This document shows positions 57,649 through 64,000 of a stretch of DNA of 64,000 nucleotides, one piece after another; the stretch's first letter is position 1, and every line of letters starts with the position of its first letter. Source of the stretch: Nitrosopumilaceae archaeon. Its GTDB lineage: Archaea > Thermoproteota > Nitrososphaeria > Nitrososphaerales > Nitrosopumilaceae. Location: positions 3,145,352 to 3,209,351 of the forward strand of contig CBDCCK010000002.1 in the NCBI GenBank assembly GCA_965214835.1, written 5' to 3'. Position numbers and translations under genes: made by a program. The notes under the pieces were generated by a model, which was not told the DNA's origin, did not search any database, and worked only from the letters and a program-made list of their open reading frames with translations.

Positions 57649-57975
57649 TGCGGTGTTGCATTGCGGTCATCCGGCTCGGCCTTTGGCGCTTTAGGAAAAT
57701 ACTCACTGCTGCCTGCCCGAGGGGAACTCGCAGGATAAACGCAGATATCATCGGGGGATCGCCAAGGCAAGAGCTTGCCCCATCCCCGGGATGCGATATG
57801 TGGACATGATCACCAAGATCCCGGCAGGCAGTGCCGCCCGGGGGCAACCTCCCATCATCGATGATCCCTGGCCCTCTTGGCCGGGGATCCGCTGATCATC
57901 TTGGTGATTTTTTTGCCAAGTTTCAAATTTCAGGCAGGATTATGCGGTAAGGCAGAATGCCCGAAGGATGGCCGG

Positions 57976-58067
57976 TCATGGTGCGCACAGTCGAAAACGG
58001 GATGTTTTTTATCGAAATAGGCACGATGCGGCAAAACCATGATCCATTTTTTGATGTGCGCGCTACA
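57976..58067. mobile_element. MITE family E (reverse orientation)
   Basis: Reverse complement of the 11328 element; ends GCGCTACA. Confidence 0.7.
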
Positions 58068-58069
58068 TC

Positions 58070-59180
58070 TCTTTCCACTTTGTCATGTTGTACCTTACGT
58101 GCTCCCGGCAGCTGTTTACAACTCTGTTTCTCATGCTTTGGTTCCTGCCATGTTTTCTGACAGTTTCGACCCCTTCCCCAGACATGACATCATTGTGAAG
58201 TCTTGAGATCAGTCATCTGTGATTAATCGTAGTGATTTCAGCCCGCGAGAATGCCTCGGCCCTCGATCCGGAATGACAGTGTGGGGCCTGAGGGAATTTT
58301 TCACTCAGGTGAAGATAAGGGACCGGGACGACTCTGACTCCCCGGAAGGCTGTGTGGGGTCAGGGGCCTCGTTGAGGGCCCGGGCGCTCTGGTCTCGTTT
58401 TTTGGGAAACCACAGGGTAATGCGAGTCAGCCTGCCACGAACGTCTTTGCAAAGATTGCAAGGTTTTTTTGCAAAGCTTGCAAAGACACGCCCTGAGTTT
58501 GTCCAGGCTCTGGACGCACGGAATCCGTACGAAAGGCATGGCCCGGGGTCATCTGTGGGCACGGCAGCGGGGCAGCCGTGTCCGGCGTCCCAAAGAGACT
58601 TGCAGACAGGCTGTGGCTTGGGGCATGGAGCTTCTTCCGGTGGACGACGAGTCAAACGGCACGACAATGAAAGCCTGTGGGGGCAAGGCCTGCGGGAAAA
58701 GATCTCAGGACGGGTGATGCGGGCGGAGCATCCCGAGTCGTGGTGCAGGCAAGCATGGCAATACCTTTGACGACCACGGCTTTGATCCTCTCAAGGCCGG
58801 AGATCAAATGGCGGTTACACATGCGCCTTTTTCTCCTCCCTGCTTGGCTCCTCATGGATCTTTGTGCCTGTTCGCTACGGATCAGATGATCGTCAAAACG
58901 TGGCGTTCTGCCGCGTCTTCAGGTACAGTCGGATCTGCTGATTCCCGCTAGTTGGCAACCGTTGCCAACTACAGAGAAGAAAGGTTCCCGCTAGTTGGCA
59001 ACCGTTGCCAGCTTCCGGGAGGATGGCGTTGCATCGTGGTCATCCGGTCCGGTCTGGCATTTCAGGAGGAATCCCCACTGCTGTCTGCACGTGGAGATCT
59101 CGGACGGGGCAGATGCAGGCATCATGGAGGCGGCCTGAGCTGATCAACGCGCCGCCCTCCGCAACGTCCGGGATGGCGTG
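58070..59180. repeat. Cassette D: segmental duplicate of about 56640-57800 (hairpin element 58288..58426, AbrB pseudogene, 43-bp repeats 58942..59020)
   Basis: Long co-linear similarity to cassette C, but lacking the 118-bp MITE. Confidence 0.85.
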
Positions 59181-59204
59181 CCAGAAAATGGAGGGCCGGC
59201 CGGG

Positions 59205-60644
59205 TCACTGGCCGGGGTGACGGGGCGCCCTCCCGCCTGCGGTGCTGCGTCTTAGAAGGACCTTGCCGCCGTTCAGCTCCCTTATGACCTCCCATCCGTC
59301 CTCGATGCACGCCACGAGATCCTTCTCGCCGTCGACCAGCCTGCCCTCGTATGGCTTTTTGCCGCCTGCCAGTGGCTGTGCCCCGCCCTCCCCCCTGATT
59401 ATCCTTTGAATGGCCGCCTTGATGGCGCCTATCTGATCATCTGCGGCAGCTGCCTGCCCGGCTCTTTTGCCCTGCGATGATGATGACGCCCCCTGCCTTT
59501 CTATCCTTATCTTCACGGGGTCGATTCCGTACAGCTGCGCCTGCTCCCTCCACATCTCAAGCAGCAGCTCCCTTCTGTCCTTTGATGCCGCCTCCTCCCC
59601 CTCGGCGCCCGGTACGAGGAACCCCTGGCTGCGCCCGTAGGCCTCCCTCATGTCCGATACGAGCTCGTCGGCAAGCCTGTGCTTGTTGGTGGTATACCTT
59701 GCCTCGATGTCGCCCCTGTGGCCCATGAAGAACTGGCGGTACGCGTGCGTCATCGCGCCCCTGCTCTCTGCAAGCAGCAGCTGCGTGTCAAAGTACGACC
59801 TCAGGACGTAGGGCCGCTCCCTCATGATTATGCCAAAGGCGCCCTTGATCCCCTTGGCCACCGTGACCGTCCTCACGTGACACGTCTTGCCGCCTGACTT
59901 TGCGCGGTACCCCCTCACGAACGTGATTATGGGCGAGTCCTGTCCGATCTTCTCGCCCCCCGCGATCCTCTCCCTGAGGTATCCCTGCATGTACCTGCAC
60001 CCGGCCTCTGGCAGGAACGTAAAGTACTGGTGTCCCGCCTTGCTCAGCTGCGGCCTTACGGTTATCCTTGCAGGCGTCCGGGCAAAGGAGACGTCGTTGC
60101 CGTCTGTCTCCAGATCCGGGATGTCCCTCACCTTGAGGCCGTCCTCGCCGTGGTGGTTGCCCAGCACCTGCGGTCGCACCCCTGAGAAGGCCATCAGCGA
60201 TATCGACACGCGCTCCCTTGCCGGCGCCGAGTCCAGCACGTCCTGGATCCTCTCCCTGGTCGGAATCACTTCGTCCTCCAGCGTCACCGGAATGTCCGCA
60301 TTCTTGATCCTTATCCTCCGGGCAAGCCTGACGTAGTTGAACGACAGCCAGGAGCGCAGCGCCGTGAGGATGTCTGCTATGTACGAGGGCGCGTATCCCC
60401 TGCCCTCCAGAAACGAGACGTGATCCATCAGCATGTCCTCCACTTTCTTCACGTCGTCGACTCCGGCCTGCGCAAAGGCCCTGGGAGTGGTGCCGGTCCT
60501 CTCACAGTAGATGCCGAGCCTGCCCAGCCTGACCTCGGCCGTCACCACGCTTCCCCTTGCGATGTTGTCGCACCACCGCCTCACGTCGGGATCCTCAAGC
60601 AGCCTCCGGTGCCGTCCCCACGCCTTTTTTGCGGTGTCACTCAC
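59205..60644 (-). CDS. Tyrosine recombinase/integrase
   Basis: FSGVRP (R), LSKAG (K), YVLRSYF (R), FMGH and EARY (catalytic Tyr). Confidence 0.9.
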   Translation of the reverse strand: MSDTAKKAWGRHRRLLEDPDVRRWCDNIARGSVVTAEVRLGRLGIYCERTGTTPRAFAQAGVDDVKKVEDMLMDHVSFLEGRGYAPSYIADILTALRSWLSFNYVRLARRIRIKNADIPVTLEDEVIPTRERIQDVLDSAPARERVSISLMAFSGVRPQVLGNHHGEDGLKVRDIPDLETDGNDVSFARTPARITVRPQLSKAGHQYFTFLPEAGCRYMQGYLRERIAGGEKIGQDSPIITFVRGYRAKSGGKTCHVRTVTVAKGIKGAFGIIMRERPYVLRSYFDTQLLLAESRGAMTHAYRQFFMGHRGDIEARYTTNKHRLADELVSDMREAYGRSQGFLVPGAEGEEAASKDRRELLLEMWREQAQLYGIDPVKIRIERQGASSSSQGKRAGQAAAADDQIGAIKAAIQRIIRGEGGAQPLAGGKKPYEGRLVDGEKDLVACIEDGWEVIRELNGGKVLLRRSTAGGRAPRHPGQ

Positions 60645-60816
60645 TGTCCTTCCCCCCCTGCAATGAACGGCTCTGATTTAAGGGGGGTTCTGCTGCCTGG
60701 GAGTGATAAACCTGACACAATTCAAACCAGGTAGCCTCCGGCTGCAGATCCTCCGCAGGTGGTTGCCGCCATCTGCACGGCGGCCACGAGTCAGGCACTG
60801 CAAAGACCAATACAAT

Positions 60817-62301
60817 AGACTTTATGCGTAATCGACCGTGATTAAAAATTCCGTAGGCTTTTCCAAACGCAAATGCGCTGATCGGATCAAATTACCGCAT
60901 GCATCTCGTGTCATGACGCATGTAAAAGCCAGTTGCGCCAAAAGAACGTGCGCAACCATGCAGCACGGCAATGTGCCCCGTTGACAAGTCAGAAAGAATG
61001 GCGGTCCGTACCGCCGTATGTCATGTGTCTGGCAGCAGATGCAGCTGCTGCAGCAGCTGGCCATAGTATTTTTTCCTTTTCAACATCGTCTTGAGGTTCT
61101 CAAGACCCGTGATTATCTGCATGAAATAATTGAGATCCTTGGCAGTTCCGCCAAACGGCATGGTAAGAATGCCATATCTTTTGAGCCGCCCTATGTGGTG
61201 CTCCACCCTGACGCGGACCCTGCTTATCTGCTTGCGGCGCCTCTTTTGCGTTGCAGTAAGATCCCCGTCCCTGGGCTTCTTTGGGGGCTGCCTGTGTATG
61301 GCGCCCGGAAGCATCTTTTGAATGCCCTCAAATCCCAGGTCGCTGTAAATCACAAACGCCTCTTCCGGATCGTCTGCGTTTTTTGCATTCCTCATTGATC
61401 CGGTGTGCCTTCCAAAGTCCGGGCCGCCCCCTGCGTTCATCACGCCCTTGTCGTTGACGCTTCCGTCCACAGTCTTGCCGCAGTGCAGTATGAGGCCGTC
61501 CAGGTTCGAGGTAATTATCGTGTTGAACATGTGCCGCTTTTTTCTTCCCGAATATCTGGTCTTTCTTGCGGTCCTGTCCCCGGGCCTGTCTACCGGAGTC
61601 AGGGTGCCGTCAATCAGGAGCGTCTTTTTTGGGATCAGCACCTCCTCCAGCTTGCCTGCCGGGGTCTTGCAGATGATGCTTGTTAGCTTTTCGGAGGCAG
61701 GCAGGAGCTGGCGCAGTAACACGGCACCGTACCGGAGGTACCTGGACATTGTGGACTGGTCGACGTCAAACGTTGCGGCCAGATGATGCTGCGTTGCCTT
61801 GGTCCTTATGCTCATGAGTACTGCAAGCAGCGCGTGCCTGATGTACAGCTTGCACCGGTTTCCGGCATCGCCGCCTCTTACGTCGTCCTCCCAGAACAGG
61901 GGTCTGTCCTCGTCGTCCATGACTTCTTCCGTAAAGCGCTCCAGTATGATCGTAAATGACTCCTTTGTGCATCCCGTGACGTTGCGAAGGCGCACCGGAT
62001 CGCCGATTATGCCGTCTGCAACCTCGATTGCGTGCATCCGCAGAGGCGTCCCGCCGCGCACGACTCTTTTTGTCTTGTTTTCTTCGGACTGCCACAACGA
62101 GTCCTCAAACGCAAGCCTGCTCTTCAGATGCTCGTTTTGCTCTACCAAACTCTTGTTTTGCTCTTGCAGTGTTTGGACAAGCTCGACATCTGAACCCATA
62201 CCGTTAGAGAACCATTACTGATCTTTATGGTTGTAGGTATGCAAACCATGATCTGTTGTGTTGTATTTTTAGATCAGATTTTCCAATTACGCATAAAGTC
62301 T
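60817..62301. mobile_element. IS5-family (ISL2/PIF-Harbinger-like) IS, autonomous partner of MITE C
   Basis: TIR AGACTTTATGCGTAAT / ATTACGCATAAAGTCT, flanked by AAT on both sides. Confidence 0.9.
61021..62199 (-). CDS. DDE_Tnp_4-type transposase
   Basis: HTH LAATFDVDQSTMSRY; LIDGT, YSGRKKRH, GSVND, SDLGFEG and RVRVEHHIGRLK. Confidence 0.9.
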   Translation of the reverse strand: MGSDVELVQTLQEQNKSLVEQNEHLKSRLAFEDSLWQSEENKTKRVVRGGTPLRMHAIEVADGIIGDPVRLRNVTGCTKESFTIILERFTEEVMDDEDRPLFWEDDVRGGDAGNRCKLYIRHALLAVLMSIRTKATQHHLAATFDVDQSTMSRYLRYGAVLLRQLLPASEKLTSIICKTPAGKLEEVLIPKKTLLIDGTLTPVDRPGDRTARKTRYSGRKKRHMFNTIITSNLDGLILHCGKTVDGSVNDKGVMNAGGGPDFGRHTGSMRNAKNADDPEEAFVIYSDLGFEGIQKMLPGAIHRQPPKKPRDGDLTATQKRRRKQISRVRVRVEHHIGRLKRYGILTMPFGGTAKDLNYFMQIITGLENLKTMLKRKKYYGQLLQQLHLLPDT

Positions 62302-62342
62302 AATGCCCATCCATCTCCTTGCATACCTGTCAAAGTCCCACT

Positions 62343-62433
62343 TACAGTGCGGACAATTGAAAATGGAACATTTCTTGCCGAGGCAGGCACGATATGTCAA
62401 AATTACGTTCCATTTTTTGATGTGTGCACTACA
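62343..62433. mobile_element. MITE family E (reverse orientation)
   Basis: tacagtgcg...ccattttttgatgtgtgcactaca, similar to the 57976 copy. Confidence 0.65.
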
Positions 62434-62468
62434 GAATCTAGATTAGTGTGGTGCATTCAACATATGTC

Positions 62469-63206
62469 ATGTCTGAGAACGTTTCTGAAGAAAGATGTAT
62501 CATCATTCCTGATATCCACAATGATTTTCAAACCGCTGAAAAAATAATTCAGTATGAAAAGCCAGACAAGGTAGTTTTTCTCGGGGATTATTTTGACAGT
62601 TTTTATGACACCGGCAGGGATGCTGCAAGGACTGCAGAGTGGCTGGTCAAATCATTGAAAACAAAAAACAGAGTTCATCTGTTCGGAAATCATGATCTTG
62701 GATACATGACAGGCAACCGCAATTTGAAGTGCTCTGGTTTTGCTGAGGAAAAATATCATTCAATTAAAAGGCACTCCATTCCATGGAAAGAACTTGGAGC
62801 ATATTATTGGCTTGATAAAAATTGGCTTTGCACACATGCGGGCGTATCATATGACTTTCTCAAGCAACATGGCTCGTCAAAAACCGATTCCATCCACAAA
62901 ATCTTGGATCTCTCAAAGAAGGATTTGGAAAAAATTGATGACGAGTCTTTTGCCCATACATTTTTTCAGGTGGGATACTTTAGAGGCGGCTCAAATGGTG
63001 TGGGGGGTCCTCTATGGTGTGATTATGATGAATTCGTGCCCATTCCCGGCCTAAACCAGATATTTGGCCACACAAAATCCGACTCTGTCAGATATGTCAG
63101 AGCTGAGAATTCGGTGAACTGTTGCATTGATACGGGTCTTGACCATTATGCTGTTTATCATGAACATACAGTAAAAATCAAAGAAAATCTCATTTCCAAA
63201 AAATGA
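62469..63206 (+). CDS. Calcineurin-like metallophosphoesterase
   Basis: PDIH, LGDYFD, GNHD, THAG, QIFGHT and IDTG. Confidence 0.9.
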   Translation: MSENVSEERCIIIPDIHNDFQTAEKIIQYEKPDKVVFLGDYFDSFYDTGRDAARTAEWLVKSLKTKNRVHLFGNHDLGYMTGNRNLKCSGFAEEKYHSIKRHSIPWKELGAYYWLDKNWLCTHAGVSYDFLKQHGSSKTDSIHKILDLSKKDLEKIDDESFAHTFFQVGYFRGGSNGVGGPLWCDYDEFVPIPGLNQIFGHTKSDSVRYVRAENSVNCCIDTGLDHYAVYHEHTVKIKENLISKK

Positions 63207-63486
63207 ACGTGTGCGAGGTCACGTATGCCTTGACACCGTTTCCATTCTGGTTACAAAACAACAGCTCATTTTGTTCCGGTTTGATGTGTAGATTCGCTGT
63301 ACCTGGTTTGATTGAGAACTTTTCGTGACTGGATATGAACGAGGCTCAAAGACTGGTGATCACATACGGATCTTTGTACTCAACCCAGCAGTCTCCAAAG
63401 AATTCTGTAAGAACATCTGCCATTACTCAAGGAATCGCCAAATCAAAATCATTCGCGATTAGCATCTCATGATCAATTGAGAGCAG

Positions 63487-63568
63487 TAGACTTTATGCGT
63501 AATCGACTTGAATGAGACAGATTTGTTCGTAACAATCCTAGTTTTGAATCGATTACGCATAAGGTCTA
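63487..63568. mobile_element. MITE family C (reverse orientation)
   Basis: TAGACTTTATGCGTAATCGA / TCGATTACGCATAAGGTCTA, with AGT on both flanks. Confidence 0.88.
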
Positions 63569-63647
63569 GTCTATTCTCCGGCCATCTACGAAATGTGCTG
63601 AAAAATCTGGCAAAAACGGAAAACCAAGGCACGAGACACGCCTTAAA

Positions 63648-63736
63648 GTACGAGTTTGCCCCTTAGGCGTCCTGGTGTCTGGAGCCTTCATGATCACGCC
63701 TGCCACGCCGTATCTCGGGGAGGGGCAAACTCGTAC
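63648..63736. mobile_element. MITE family F (89 bp)
   Basis: Perfect 16-bp TIR GTACGAGTTTGCCCCT with a 9-bp flanking direct repeat CGCCTTAAA. Confidence 0.8.
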
Positions 63737-64000
63737 CGCCTTAAAACACCAAACAACAAGGTAGAACCGATCCTTCTGGTTCAGATTTCGCTTGGCTGCC
63801 TAACATAACAAAATATTTCCACCTGAATTCTGTTTTGCAGTCAGAGGTAATAATCACAGATTGGCTGGATGCCTAAAGAAACGAGGGTCGGGTCGGAGGA
63901 TTTGAATCGCTGTCTTTTTTTTTTGAATCATCCTTCTACTGTAAAGATATTCTGAATTGTTTTAATTGGATCAAAATCTGAAACTTTAGAAATTATTTTT

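Noticed and set aside
1-64000. tRNA or rRNA genes
   Set aside because: No cloverleaf or rRNA signatures were recognised by eye; tRNAscan-SE and barrnap would be needed to exclude them.

Overview
This window comes from an ammonia-oxidising archaeon (Nitrososphaerota/Thaumarchaeota, Nitrosopumilaceae-like). The evidence is an archaeal NirK, a divergent FtsZ, rpL31e/rpL39e, dph5, a LysW-dependent Lys/Arg cluster and a split MetH. A serpin, a giant secreted subtilase/HYR/LamG protein and very dense IS/MITE content suggest a host-associated (e.g. sponge-symbiont) lineage; this is inference. Core metabolism occupies about 19.8-45.2 kb. Accessory, MITE-rich DNA occupies about 1-19.8 kb and 45.2-64 kb. 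Main findings: (1) at 54.3-59.2 kb, beside an intact tyrosine integrase, four tandem paralogous cassettes, each built from a decayed ORF, a conserved three-hairpin element with covarying stems ending in TAATGCGAG, cassette-specific short repeats and an AbrB/MazE-like gene; (2) an R-S-E-type ADP-ribosyltransferase-like gene with an overlapping small partner (possible toxin-immunity pair); (3) a subtilase that has lost its catalytic Asp and His, next to a serpin; (4) a HemA paralogue without the catalytic Cys; (5) a second LysW ending EDWGQ; (6) rpL31e carrying 13 perfect 45-bp repeats; (7) at least six MITE families, some matched to autonomous IS elements in the window. No rRNA, tRNA or CRISPR array was recognised. 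All calls were made by eye from motifs, without database searches.
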